Source: Pseudomonadota bacterium
GTDB taxonomy: Bacteria; Desulfobacterota; Desulfobacteria; Desulfobacterales; JBDRRP01
DNA length: 64,000 nucleotides
NCBI GenBank assembly: GCA_043825735.1
Contig: JBDRRP010000073.1
Span: forward strand, 11,826-75,825
Direction of reading: 5' to 3'
The position numbers and the translations under genes were made by a program. Shown here one piece after another: positions 1 through 10,235 of the stretch (its first letter is position 1; each line of letters starts with the position of its first letter). The notes below the pieces were generated by a model that did not search any database, had not been told where the DNA came from, and saw nothing but the letters and a program-made list of their open reading frames with translations.

Positions 1-81
1 CACGCCGCCGGGGTCGCCGCGTCCTGCATCATCGGCGAAGCGTTGCCGCTGGACGGCGAGACCTACCTGGTGTTCCGTTAA
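1..81 (+). CDS. C-terminal fragment of an unidentified CDS entering from upstream of the window
   Basis: Frame 1 is open from base 1 to TAA at 79-81 (..GEALPLDGETYLVFR*); too short to name. Confidence 0.3.
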   Translation, partial: HAAGVAASCIIGEALPLDGETYLVFR

Positions 82-228
82 AGGGGACGCCCAGTGAAGT
101 TGCGGTGGTGCGGTTGCAGTAGAAAAACGATATAGCTAGCCTCCAGAATGGAGATCCAGGAGTGGAGCGTTTTGTAATCGACACCCAATAATTGCACAAT
201 TTAGGAATGCCAATACTAATTTGGTCAA

Positions 229-297
229 AAATTTATGCGTTTCGTTCAGGAACCTCGGCAAACCGATTGCGCCCGATAGGGAAAAACGCATAAATTT
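229..297. repeat. Hairpin-forming inverted repeat immediately downstream of the ATPase gene stop
   Basis: 14-bp arms AAATTTATGCGTTT (229-242) and AAACGCATAAATTT (284-297) read directly; shares the TTATGCGTTT core with the hairpin at 1605-1697. Confidence 0.7.
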
Positions 298-309
298 ATG
301 GGCTTCCCC

Positions 310-1515
310 CTATAAAGTTCTCAGAAAGTCCCGGATATGGACATGGTCGATTCCCTCATGGCTGCCGCCGGTGATCTCGTCCATGGTTACCACGACTTTG
401 GGGAAATTATCTGAAATCGCCATGAGATTGCCGAATTCGCGCTGTCGAACCGCCTCATCCGCCAATAAGTACGCCACCTGGACATAGCGGCGTTCGCCGT
501 TCTTTTCCCCGACGAAATCCACCTCCCGGGGGCCCACCTGCCCCACATGCACTTCATAACCGGCTGCTCGCAGATGCAGGAAAACGATATTCTCCAAAAC
601 TTTGTTGATATCCGTTACCCGATAGCCTACCAGCGCGTGGCGAAGGCCGAGATCTTCAAAATAATACTTCTCACCGATCTCGAACATTCGCTTGCCGGCA
701 ATATCCATGCGATTGACTCTGGAGACCAGCATCGCGTTGCACAGGTACCCCAGATAATCCAGCACAAGGTTGTGAGAGACCTTTATCTTCTGGGATTTCA
801 AATAGTCGCTGATTTTTCTAGCCGTTACCAGGCTGCCGACGTTGTCGGCCAGAAACCGGGCCAGGCGAAGCAGAAAAGCGACATTGCGGATATCGTAGCG
901 GGCAACCACGTCTTTGAGCAGTATGGCATCGGTGATATTGCGCAGGTACTCGAATACGACGGTTTCATCCGAGGGCAGATGCCTGAGGTATGGGAGCCCC
1001 CCGATCTTCAAATAGGCGCTGAAGCTCTCACGATCATCAGAAAGACCATGAAACGTGAGAAACTCCGGGTAGGTCAAGCCGTGAATCCTGATCTCGATGT
1101 AGCGTCCGGAAAGACCGGTGGCCAGTTCGCCGGACAGTCGTCTGGCATTGGAGCCTGTCGCGTAAATATCAATGCCGCCCTCAGCCTGCAGACTCCGCAG
1201 GGCCTTTTCGAAGCCTACGATTTCCTGAACCTCATCGATGAAAAGGTAAAGGTGGCAGCCCTCCTTACGCCGATCGGCAATGTAGCCCAGCAGTTCACGG
1301 TGGCTGCGCAGTTCGGCGAAGGCCTCTCTTTCCTTGTTGATATAAATCTGCTGGGCGCCGGGATCTATCGCGGCAATGCGGTCCATCAATTGGAAAAGCA
1401 TGTAGCTCTTGCCGACCCGCCGTTGCCCGACAAGAATCTTCATGAGGTCTTTTTGAACGAACGGCATGATCCGGTCCAGATACAGCGGCCGTTCTATATA
1501 TTCCGGAAATTTCAT
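310..1515 (-). CDS. AAA+ ATPase, DUF4143-type
   Basis: 401-aa ORF; Walker A GQRRVGKS, Walker B LYLFIDEVQ; overall layout recalls the ATPase+DUF4143 family. Confidence 0.8.
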   Translation of the reverse strand: MKFPEYIERPLYLDRIMPFVQKDLMKILVGQRRVGKSYMLFQLMDRIAAIDPGAQQIYINKEREAFAELRSHRELLGYIADRRKEGCHLYLFIDEVQEIVGFEKALRSLQAEGGIDIYATGSNARRLSGELATGLSGRYIEIRIHGLTYPEFLTFHGLSDDRESFSAYLKIGGLPYLRHLPSDETVVFEYLRNITDAILLKDVVARYDIRNVAFLLRLARFLADNVGSLVTARKISDYLKSQKIKVSHNLVLDYLGYLCNAMLVSRVNRMDIAGKRMFEIGEKYYFEDLGLRHALVGYRVTDINKVLENIVFLHLRAAGYEVHVGQVGPREVDFVGEKNGERRYVQVAYLLADEAVRQREFGNLMAISDNFPKVVVTMDEITGGSHEGIDHVHIRDFLRTL

Positions 1516-1604
1516 AAATCACCCCGAATCTGTCATGCATAATCAACAGATGAAGGCAATTTATCATTTATGTTTAGTACGATCAACGAAAATACCACTA
1601 TATT

Positions 1605-1697
1605 GGGGACATCCATGAAATTATGCGTTTCCCCCACAGACAGAAGTAGATTTCCCAAAGCGTTCGAAGGAAACGCATAATTTCATGGGATGTCCCC
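1605..1697. repeat. Long inverted repeat (28/29-bp arms, one bulge) between the antiporter stop and the ATPase start
   Basis: GGGGACATCCATGAAATTATGCGTTTCC (1605-1632) pairs with GGAAACGCATAATTTCATGGGATGTCCCC (1669-1697); may also act as terminator of the antiporter gene. Confidence 0.75.
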
Positions 1698-1702
1698 TTT
1701 TG

Positions 1703-2719
1703 TTAGACGGCTCCCCGAAACACCAGAAAACCCAGGTAGGTCGCATAGCAGGCCAGAAGCACACACCCGTTGCCGCGGGTCAGGATGTCGTTTTTCCCCA
1801 TCATCACCCACGGCAGCGCGGAAATCCCGACCATCACCAGCACGTCCACCATGAGACCGCTGCCCACGAACCCGCCGGGAATCGGGATGGGACTGACCGT
1901 CGCCGCCAGGCCCAGCACGCTGAGGATATTAAACACATTGGATCCCAGCAGGTTGCCGATGCTGATATCCATCTCGCCCCGGTAGGCGGCCACCGCAGAA
2001 GTGGCCAGCTCAGGCAGTGAGGTGCCCAGCGCCACCACGGTCAACCCGATAAACTTCTCGCCCACCCCCAGGGCGCTCATCATGCTTACCGCCGCGTCGA
2101 TGAGCAGCTCGGCGCCCACGAGCACCCCCGCAATGCCGCCCACGATGCAAACGATCTGTCCGGTGCGGGAGGCCATAAAGGCCGGCGCAGGCATACCATC
2201 CAGTGAAATGATAGCCAGAGCGTTGACCTCGGCGCCTTTGACAGCGATACGGTAGTTCAAAAACGTGTAAAGGCAGATGCCCACCAGCAGCGACACCCCC
2301 TCTATCCGGCTGATAACGTCGTTGAAACAGATCGCCAGCAGATAAAAGGACACCCCCAGCATGATGGGAAATTCGCGTCGGCGGATGGAAGGGTGACTTT
2401 TCATCGGGCGGATGATCAGCGCCAGTCCCAGCACCAGGGCGATGTTGCAGATGTTGCTGCCCACCACATTGCCCACGGCGATCATGCTCTTTGCCTTCAG
2501 AGAGGAGATGAGACTGATCACCAGCTCCGGGGTGGATGTGCCGAAGGCCACGATGGTCAGCCCGATGATCACCGGGGACCACCCCAGATCCCGGGCCAGG
2601 CGGGAGGCGCCCTTGACCAGGAAATCGGCCCCGTAGCAGAGCAGGATCAAACCGATGGTGAAAAACGCGCCGTCAATGATCATGAGGCCCCTGATACATG
2701 AGGGGACAGGCCGTGTCAA
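1703..2719 (-). CDS. Ca2+/Na+ antiporter, CaCA (YrbG-like) family
   Basis: 338-aa polytopic membrane protein with the two alpha-repeat signatures GTSTPEL and GTSLPEL; alternative start ATG at 2683. Confidence 0.85.
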   Translation of the reverse strand: MTRPVPSCIRGLMIIDGAFFTIGLILLCYGADFLVKGASRLARDLGWSPVIIGLTIVAFGTSTPELVISLISSLKAKSMIAVGNVVGSNICNIALVLGLALIIRPMKSHPSIRRREFPIMLGVSFYLLAICFNDVISRIEGVSLLVGICLYTFLNYRIAVKGAEVNALAIISLDGMPAPAFMASRTGQIVCIVGGIAGVLVGAELLIDAAVSMMSALGVGEKFIGLTVVALGTSLPELATSAVAAYRGEMDISIGNLLGSNVFNILSVLGLAATVSPIPIPGGFVGSGLMVDVLVMVGISALPWVMMGKNDILTRGNGCVLLACYATYLGFLVFRGAV

Positions 2720-2846
2720 TGCAAGGCGGGCAAGGGTTTATCGGCATGTCATTTGCCAAGTAGAAAAACCTGCTGCAAAATTGACAAGGGCGTCTTCATG
2801 GCCTATAAACATGCAACCGTCGATACGCTTTCAGAGGTCACTTTCA

Positions 2847-5315
2847 ATGAATAAAACCGTTCTCGTGGTGGATGACAACCGACTGATGCTCGAGTTCATG
2901 GGTCGTGTCATCACCGACCAGGGGTATAAGGTCACCACCGCCGTGGACGGATTTGAAGCCCTCGACCACCTGACCATCATGGTCCCGGACATCATTTTCG
3001 TGGACCTGATCATGCCAAAAATCGAAGGCGACACGCTGTGCCGCATCATCCGGAAGATGCCCCACCTGGATCACAGCTATATCGTTGTGGTCTCCGCCGC
3101 CGCCGCCGAAATGGAGATGGAATGCTCCGCATTCGGGGCCAATGCCTGCATCGCCAAAGGCGCCTTCAACGAGATGGCCAAAAACATCCAGAAAGTCATC
3201 GAAGAGGCCGCCCTGGAAGACATGTCCCGCCCACGGCCGACCGGGGCGGTGCTGGGTCTCAATGGCATTTTGCCGCGCCGGATGACCAAGGAACTGCTGG
3301 CGCGCAACCGACACCTGGCAGCCATTCTGGAAAGCATCTCAGACGGCGTTCTGGAAGTGTTTTCCGAGCGCGTGGTCTACGCCAACGCCGCAGCGCAGTA
3401 TCTGCTGTCATCCTCCATTGAAAAACTCACCGGAACCCATCTCATCAAGCTGTTTGCTCCGGCGGATCAACCCAAGATCGCCCGTCTTCTCAAAACCGAC
3501 GATGCGCCCAGCGCCCTGGCCACCGAGGCTGACACAGTGTCTCTGGGGCGCCGGTCCGTAGTGGTGCGAAAACTCTCGCTTCACAGCGACGCCGAGGCTG
3601 CCGTCGTGCTGCTCACCGACGTGACCGAAAAACGAAACGCCGAAAAAGAGCTGCAGGAAGCCTACCGCCAGTTGGAAGCCAAGGTGGCCGAGCGCACGGC
3701 AGCACTGTCCACTGCCAACGAGGCCCTCCAACAGGAGATCGCCGAGCGAAAAGCATCCGAAGCCAGGCTTATGGAAAGCACCGAGCGCTTTGATCTGTTC
3801 ATGCGCCATTTTTCCGCCCAGACCTTTATCAAGGATGCACAGGGGCGCTACATCTTCATCAACAACGCCGGCCAGCAGTTCGCCGGGCGCCCGCGCGATG
3901 AGATCATCGGAAAAACGGACCGGGAACTCTGGCCGGCCGACATCGCCGAGCAGTTCATCAAAAACGATCATTCCGTGCTGGAACACAACCAAGCGCTCAG
4001 CACCGTGGAAAAGGCCAGGACCCCCAAGGGAGAGCGCTACCTTTTGGTATCCAAATTTCCCATCCGCAGCAGCGACCAATCCATCCTGCTGGCCGGCATC
4101 GCCCTGGACATCACCGATCAGAAAAAAGCCGAAGAAGAGCGTATCCGATTGTCCGCCCAACTGCAGCAAGCGCAGAAAATGGAAGCCATCGGCCGTCTGG
4201 CCGGCGGCGTGGCCCACGATCTGAACAACATCCTTTCAGGCATCGTCAGCTACCCGGAACTGATGCTCATGGACATGCCTAAAGACGCCCCCCTGCGGCG
4301 CCCCTTGGAAATCGTCAAAAACTCGGGCGAACGGGCGGCAGCAATCGTCCAGGACCTGCTGATGCTGGCCCGCGGCGGTATTCCTGAGCCCGAGCCCATC
4401 GACATCAGAAAAATGATTGCCGACTATCTGGACAGTCCCGCCCACCATGAACTGCTCAAGAATCACCCGAAGGTAACCGTCACTCAGAACATTTCCCAAG
4501 AGACATTGAGCATCCGCGGTTCGGTGATCATGATACGAAAGTCCCTGCAGCACCTCGTCTCCAATGCAGTGGCCTCCGCGGCTGAAATAAATAAAGGCGC
4601 CGTGGTGATCACTGCCGAAAACCGCGCCCTGGATCGGCCGCTGCACGGATATGACGATGTGGTGGCCGGCGATTACGTGGTCATCGACATCTCCGACAAC
4701 GGCCCGCCCCTTACCACCGAGCAGCAGGATCGCATTTTCGAACCCTTCTATACCAAAAAAGCGATGGGCCGCACTGACTCGGGCCTGGGGATGGCCATCG
4801 TGTGGGGAACGGCCAGAGACCACAACGGTTATGTCGAAGTCCGATCAGCCGATGCCAGGATCAATCGGTTTTCAATCTATTTCCCCGCAGGGCAGCGCCC
4901 TGCCGCAGGACGCCGCCGGGGGCGCAGCGACGACGCCATCATGGGCGCCGGGGAATCGATACTCGTTGTGGACGATATGGAAGAGCAGCGGGAAATCGCG
5001 ACCGGCATGCTTAAAAAACTGGGCTACCAGGTAACCGCGGTGGCCAGCGGTGAGAAAGCCGTCGAGCACATCAAGCGTGAGCCGGTGGACCTGGTCATTC
5101 TGGACATGATCATGGACCCGGGCATCGACGGCGTCGAAACCCTGCGCCAAATCCTTGAGAGCGTCCCCGGGCAGCGCGTTATTATCGCCAGCGGTTTCTC
5201 TGAAAGCCACCGTATCCAGGAAGCCCTGCGCATGGGGTCCGGATCCTACCTGAACAAACCCTATCTCATTGACAAACTGGGCCGCGCCGTCCGCACCGAA
5301 CTCGACCGGCAATAG
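2847..5315 (+). CDS. Hybrid sensor histidine kinase with N- and C-terminal receiver domains and PAS region
   Basis: Receiver VLVVDDNRLMLEF at the start, PAS-like middle, H-box GGVAHDLNNIL, HATPase motifs DNGPPL / GLGMAIV, second receiver ILVVDDMEEQREI. Start moved to ATG 2847 because the longer ORF (2655) overlaps the antiporter gene. Confidence 0.9.
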   Translation: MNKTVLVVDDNRLMLEFMGRVITDQGYKVTTAVDGFEALDHLTIMVPDIIFVDLIMPKIEGDTLCRIIRKMPHLDHSYIVVVSAAAAEMEMECSAFGANACIAKGAFNEMAKNIQKVIEEAALEDMSRPRPTGAVLGLNGILPRRMTKELLARNRHLAAILESISDGVLEVFSERVVYANAAAQYLLSSSIEKLTGTHLIKLFAPADQPKIARLLKTDDAPSALATEADTVSLGRRSVVVRKLSLHSDAEAAVVLLTDVTEKRNAEKELQEAYRQLEAKVAERTAALSTANEALQQEIAERKASEARLMESTERFDLFMRHFSAQTFIKDAQGRYIFINNAGQQFAGRPRDEIIGKTDRELWPADIAEQFIKNDHSVLEHNQALSTVEKARTPKGERYLLVSKFPIRSSDQSILLAGIALDITDQKKAEEERIRLSAQLQQAQKMEAIGRLAGGVAHDLNNILSGIVSYPELMLMDMPKDAPLRRPLEIVKNSGERAAAIVQDLLMLARGGIPEPEPIDIRKMIADYLDSPAHHELLKNHPKVTVTQNISQETLSIRGSVIMIRKSLQHLVSNAVASAAEINKGAVVITAENRALDRPLHGYDDVVAGDYVVIDISDNGPPLTTEQQDRIFEPFYTKKAMGRTDSGLGMAIVWGTARDHNGYVEVRSADARINRFSIYFPAGQRPAAGRRRGRSDDAIMGAGESILVVDDMEEQREIATGMLKKLGYQVTAVASGEKAVEHIKREPVDLVILDMIMDPGIDGVETLRQILESVPGQRVIIASGFSESHRIQEALRMGSGSYLNKPYLIDKLGRAVRTELDRQ

Positions 5316-5388
5316 CGGTTGACGGAGCGGCCCCAATACGTCATAAAAGTCGGTCGATCACACTGACCCTTATAACGACAAGAGGCTC

Positions 5389-6258
5389 ATGCACTACGAA
5401 GGCAACATCATCCGCCCCCCCAGCGAAGCCGGCAGCATTCTGCTCCAGGCCACCGTGGGCTGCTCCCACAACAAGTGCACTTTCTGCGGCGCATACAAGG
5501 GGGAGCGGTTCAAAATCAAGCCCGATGAGGTCATTTTCTCGGACATCGATTACGCCGCAACGCATTTCCGCCGCCAGCGCCGGGTATTCATCTGCGACGG
5601 CGACGCGCTGATCATCCCCTTCCCGCGGCTTTCCGCCATCCTCACGGCCATCCGGCAGCGCCTGCCGTGGGTGACCCGGGTGGGCGCCTACGGCAATACC
5701 AAGGGTCTTTCCATGAAGAGCGCCGAGGAATTGGCCGCCCTGCGGGAGCTGGGATTGGGCATTATCTACTTGGGACTCGAAAGCGGCGACGATGAGACCT
5801 TAAAACGAATTCGCAAAGGCGCCGACGCCGAAAAGATGATCGCCATGGGGAAAAAGGCGATCGCCGCCGGGATGAAACTATCCATCACCATCCTGCTGGG
5901 CATTGCCGGCCCCCAGCGATCGGAGATTCACGCCAAAGAGACCGGACGGGTGCTCACGGCCATCGACCCCAATTACGTGGGCGCCCTGAGCCTCATGCTC
6001 ATCCCCGGCACCGCGCTCTACGACGAGGCCCTGGCCGGCCGGTTCGAAATGATCCCCCCCGAAACCATGCTCAGGGAGCTGCGCACCATCATCGCCCACA
6101 CCGATCTCAGCGGGGGACTCTTTCACGCCAATCACGCGTCCAATTACCTGCCCATCCGTGCCGCACTACCCCGAGACAAAGCGCGCACCCTGGCCACCAT
6201 CGACCAGGCCCTCGATGGACGCATTCAACTGAAACCGGAATATTTGAGAGCCCTTTGA
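5389..6258 (+). CDS. Radical SAM domain protein (function unknown)
   Basis: 289-aa ORF with Cys triad in [12 protein letters not shown] near the N-terminus (I read the spacing as C-x4-C-x2-C) and TIM-barrel-like remainder. Confidence 0.75.
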   Translation: MHYEGNIIRPPSEAGSILLQATVGCSHNKCTFCGAYKGERFKIKPDEVIFSDIDYAATHFRRQRRVFICDGDALIIPFPRLSAILTAIRQRLPWVTRVGAYGNTKGLSMKSAEELAALRELGLGIIYLGLESGDDETLKRIRKGADAEKMIAMGKKAIAAGMKLSITILLGIAGPQRSEIHAKETGRVLTAIDPNYVGALSLMLIPGTALYDEALAGRFEMIPPETMLRELRTIIAHTDLSGGLFHANHASNYLPIRAALPRDKARTLATIDQALDGRIQLKPEYLRAL

Positions 6259-6293
6259 CCGCTATCAATCCACCCCGATACGGAGACACCATC

Positions 6294-8300
6294 ATGACAG
6301 CCACGGCGACCGATCGCGACACCCTGTGCATCAACACCATCCGCGCACTTTCCATGGATGCCATCCAGAAAGCCAATTCAGGGCATCCCGGCGCCCCCAT
6401 GGGACTGGCGCCGGCAGCATTTGTCCTGTTCACCCGCTTTCTCAAGCACAACCCGGCTAACCCGGACTGGCTGGACCGGGATCGGTTCGTGCTGAGCGGC
6501 GGGCACGCGTCCATGCTGCTTTACAGCATGCTCTATCTCACCGGCTACGGACTCACCCTGGAGGATCTTCAGAATTTCCGCCAGTGGGGCAGCCGTACCC
6601 CCGGGCACCCCGAGTTCGGGCACACCCCCGGTGTGGAGACCACCACCGGCCCGCTCGGTCAGGGCTTTGCCAACGCGGTGGGCATGGCCATGGCCGAACG
6701 CCACCTGGCTGCCCGGTTCAATCGCCCCGCGCAGGACATCGTCGATCACCATACCTACGTCATGTGCGGCGACGGCGATCTCATGGAAGGGATCTCCTCG
6801 GAAGCCGCCTCCCTGGCCGGCCACCTGGGACTGGGGCGGCTCATCTGCATCTACGACGACAACGGTATTTCCATTGAAGGGCCCACCAGCATCGCCTTCA
6901 CCGAAGACGTGGCGGCGCGGTTCGATGCGTATGGCTGGCACACCCTGCGCGTGGCGGACGGCAACGACACCGCGGCGATCGCCGCCGCAATCGACGCCGC
7001 CAAGGCCGAAACGGACAGGCCCTCGCTCATATTGCTCAAGACCCAGATTGCCTACGGCAGCCCCAACAAACAGGGCACCGCCGATGCCCACGGCGCCCCC
7101 CTGGGAGAGGCGGAAGTGGCGCTGACCAAGGAATGCCTGCGGTTTCCGGGCAATGTCACCTTCTGCGTTCCCGAGGGCGTCATGGAGACTTTCGCGGCCT
7201 GCAAGGCGAGCGGGCAGGCCGCCGAGCAGGCCTGGATGGAGCGGTTCAAGGCTTACTGCACGGCGCACCCGGATCTGGCCGGCGCATGGGCAGATGCCAC
7301 CAGTGGCTTTCTCTCCAAGGGGTGGGCGGACGACATCCCGGTATTCACCCCGGCCGACGGGCCCATGGCCACTCGCGCCGCCTCGGGCAAGGTCCTCAAC
7401 GCCATCGCCCAGCGGCTGCCCACGCTGATGGGCGGATCCGCCGACCTGGCGCCGTCCAACAAGACGTATCTCTCATGCTCGCATGAATTTCAAAAAGGCG
7501 CCTATGATGGGCGCAACATCCGGTTCGGCGTCAGGGAGCACGCCATGGCCGCAATCATGAGCGGCCTGTTTCTGCACAACGGCGTGCGCCCCTTCGGGGG
7601 CACGTTTCTCGTATTCGCCGACTATATGCGCCCGGCCATCCGCGTGGCCAGCCTCATGAAACTGCCGGTCATCTATGTCTTCACCCACGACAGCGTGGCC
7701 GTCGGCGAAGATGGCCCTACCCACCAGCCGGTGGAGCATCTGGCTTCGCTGAGAATCATCCCCGGTCTCACTGTTTTCCGGCCGGCAGACGCCACCGAAA
7801 CCGCCGAGGCCTGGAAGGCGGCGATCAAGACCTTTGACGGTCCGGTGGCCCTGGTGATGAGCCGGCAGAAACTCCCGGTGCTGGAACGGCAGGGTGGAAA
7901 AGGCGACGTGGCCATGGGGGCCTATGTCCTCAGAGACGGCGGCGGGGCCCCCGATCTCATCCTTATCGCCACGGGATCGGAAGTGCACCTGGCCACGGCG
8001 GCGGCCGAAAAGCTGTCCGGTGAAGGGGTGTCGGTACGGGTCGTGAGCATGCCGAGCCGGGAACGTTTCGAAAAAACGTCGGAATCCTACCGTGACAGCG
8101 TCTTGCCGCCGGCTGTGGATACCCGGCTGGTGATCGAGGCAGGCCAGACCATGGGATGGGAAAAATACGCCGGATGCCGCGGCGACATCATGGGTATCAC
8201 AACGTTCGGCGCCTCAGCGCCCGGGCCCGTCGTCATGGAGAAGTACGGTTTCACAGTGGACAACGTCGTGGCGCGGGCGAAAAAACTGCTCGAAAAATAG
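6294..8300 (+). CDS. tkt: Transketolase
   Basis: Signatures [38 protein letters not shown]; start placed at ATG 6294 (the ORF-track TTG 6255 overlaps the previous gene). Confidence 0.95.
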   Translation: MTATATDRDTLCINTIRALSMDAIQKANSGHPGAPMGLAPAAFVLFTRFLKHNPANPDWLDRDRFVLSGGHASMLLYSMLYLTGYGLTLEDLQNFRQWGSRTPGHPEFGHTPGVETTTGPLGQGFANAVGMAMAERHLAARFNRPAQDIVDHHTYVMCGDGDLMEGISSEAASLAGHLGLGRLICIYDDNGISIEGPTSIAFTEDVAARFDAYGWHTLRVADGNDTAAIAAAIDAAKAETDRPSLILLKTQIAYGSPNKQGTADAHGAPLGEAEVALTKECLRFPGNVTFCVPEGVMETFAACKASGQAAEQAWMERFKAYCTAHPDLAGAWADATSGFLSKGWADDIPVFTPADGPMATRAASGKVLNAIAQRLPTLMGGSADLAPSNKTYLSCSHEFQKGAYDGRNIRFGVREHAMAAIMSGLFLHNGVRPFGGTFLVFADYMRPAIRVASLMKLPVIYVFTHDSVAVGEDGPTHQPVEHLASLRIIPGLTVFRPADATETAEAWKAAIKTFDGPVALVMSRQKLPVLERQGGKGDVAMGAYVLRDGGGAPDLILIATGSEVHLATAAAEKLSGEGVSVRVVSMPSRERFEKTSESYRDSVLPPAVDTRLVIEAGQTMGWEKYAGCRGDIMGITTFGASAPGPVVMEKYGFTVDNVVARAKKLLEK

Positions 8301-8349
8301 TTTTACGCTGATGCAGAAAGCGCCAGTTGGTCTTTTCCCAAAGGGATGT

Positions 8350-8918
8350 TGAACCAGTCACGGAGGACACGGAAATTTTATAAATCATATCTCGCGCAGA
8401 GTCGCAGAGGCGCAGGGAAAATCACTCGCGCAATTCAATTGCCCGCAGTTCTCTGCGTCTCCGCGCCTCTGCGCGAGATATATTCTTTTTGGGACTTCAA
8501 AACATCGAATGCCCGAAACGGCCGCTCGCGTGAGCGTTGTCGTTTCAGGCATTATTTGGTTTTGCCGTTTAGGTTTTTGGTTTTCACCCCATCGCAGCGT
8601 AGCCGAGGGGGGCGTGGGATCGCGGGAATGAGGGGGTTGCCTGTTTGAGTCCGCGCAGCGGGCGAGTTCGCAATCCCCGCCGCGATCGCACGCACGCCGA
8701 GGGCATTCGCCGCAGGCGGACAAGGTGCCGGGCGCCCTTTCTTTTGGTTCTTTTCTTTAGGCGAGTAAAGAAAAGAACGGTTTTTTCTCTCGCAGAGGCG
8801 CTAAGGACGCAAAGGGCATCAAATGTTGCATAAAAGCGGAACTGAGAATTGTGGTGTTGCCGTTTTTGGTGTTTGGGGTCTCTCCCATCGTAGCGCACCG
8901 TAGGGGGGAGAATCGCGG
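8350..8918. repeat. About 570-bp intergenic region built almost entirely of dispersed-repeat copies
   Basis: Palindromic CAGAG/CTCTG element at 8387-8481; two copies of a TTGGTGTTTGGGGTCTCTCCC..GGGGGG..GATCGC tail module (about 8552-8626 and 8786-8918) related to 20080-20200. The ORFs predicted here have repeat-derived low-complexity translations. Confidence 0.7.
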
Positions 8919-8919
8919 C

Positions 8920-9474
8920 TCAGTCCCCCAAAAGCCGCCCCACATCCCCGGCGACGTCCTTGTGGCCGGCCGAATCGAGCAGCCCCTGAACCGAGCGCAG
9001 GCACTCCCTGATGATGGCGGTCTTGGGCCGCGAGGACATCAGCTGTGCATCAATGGTTTTGAGATCCGCCATAAGATCGGTGAGGGCGTCGAAGACCCAG
9101 CTTTTATCGCCGGCCAGGTATTTGAGCTGGCCCAGTATTCTTTCGATGGCGGTGCGATCGGTGTCACTCACGATGGGGCCGCTGCCGAGCCCCGCCCCGG
9201 CATGCGCCGCGCCGGTGCCTGGGCCGGCCATCTGAAGGCAGGCCGCCAGCCCTTCGCCGCTCAGTCCGATCCCCCCTGACAGGGTACGAACTTCCACAAG
9301 CCCCATCCCGATGAGGTCCTCGGCTGCACGCTGTGCATCGGGGCGTGCCATGCCCAGGGATTCACCCACCGCGTACATGGAAGCCTGGGCGGCGCCCACT
9401 GCGTCGGTTTGAGCGTAAACGGCGGCCAGAAACGATTTGAGGGGTTCATCGGCTGCCAGGATGTCTTCGACCAT
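8920..9474 (-). CDS. Hypothetical protein
   Basis: ORF 8920-9525; start moved to the ATG giving MVEDILAADEPLK; no motif recognised. Confidence 0.5.
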   Translation of the reverse strand: MVEDILAADEPLKSFLAAVYAQTDAVGAAQASMYAVGESLGMARPDAQRAAEDLIGMGLVEVRTLSGGIGLSGEGLAACLQMAGPGTGAAHAGAGLGSGPIVSDTDRTAIERILGQLKYLAGDKSWVFDALTDLMADLKTIDAQLMSSRPKTAIIRECLRSVQGLLDSAGHKDVAGDVGRLLGD

Positions 9475-9690
9475 AGGACCTCCTTTTGATTTTCTCCGTG
9501 CCCTCCGTGACTCCGTGGTGATCACAATGTCATCGGGGACACCGGTCTTTGACGCTAAACTGGCGCTTCATAGAGAATCTTATTCCGTTTTCCCGGAAAA
9601 CGCGGCCGGCGAGAGCCTCTAACAAGAACACCCGGCCGAAGTGGGCCGGGTGCGGGAGTGTCGCATGGGGCATTACAGGCAGCGGGGCGA

Positions 9691-9987
9691 TCACTCGCCG
9701 CTGTCGTCTCCGTTGATGCGATCTCTGAGCAGCTTGGAGCACCGAAACACGACGACCCGCCGGCCGCCCAGCAGCATGTCGTCTCCGGTGGCCGGATTCC
9801 GGCCGCGGCGCGATTGTTTCTGCTTGACACAGAATTTCCCGAAACCGCTGATGAGAACATCCTCACCGGTTTCCATGGTCCGCTTGAGAATCTCAAGCAA
9901 GGTCTCCACCACATCGATGCTCTTTTTCCGGGAAAACCCAAGCCGTTCAGGTATTTCATCCACAATCTGTGCTTTGGTCAGGGTCAT
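9691..9987 (-). CDS. HU/IHF-family DNA-bending protein (IHF alpha-like)
   Basis: MTLTKAQIVDEI..GFGKF..RRGRNPATGDDM..; the RxGRNPxTG arm motif is characteristic; start at ATG 9987. Confidence 0.9.
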   Translation of the reverse strand: MTLTKAQIVDEIPERLGFSRKKSIDVVETLLEILKRTMETGEDVLISGFGKFCVKQKQSRRGRNPATGDDMLLGGRRVVVFRCSKLLRDRINGDDSGE

Positions 9988-10235
9988 GCAGATCCACTCC
10001 TTTGCCGGATGATCATGTCTTGAAGCACTCGGCCGACAGCCTGTGCGACATCGGGCATACTTACGTTTGCGGTTTGCCTTTGTCAAGATATACACAGCAA
10101 ATTCCGATTTTTACGTTATTTTTCCATAGATGCGGCTTGCGTCGGGTCCGCGGAAAAATTGGGTTTTGACATCGGGGGGTAAAAAGTGTTTTGTTGGCTC
10201 CCTCGCAAATTGAGCAAACGATCACAGGAGTGCTG

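Noticed and set aside
547-1542. 331-aa plus-strand ORF
   Set aside because: Shadow ORF antisense to the Walker-motif-bearing ATPase gene.
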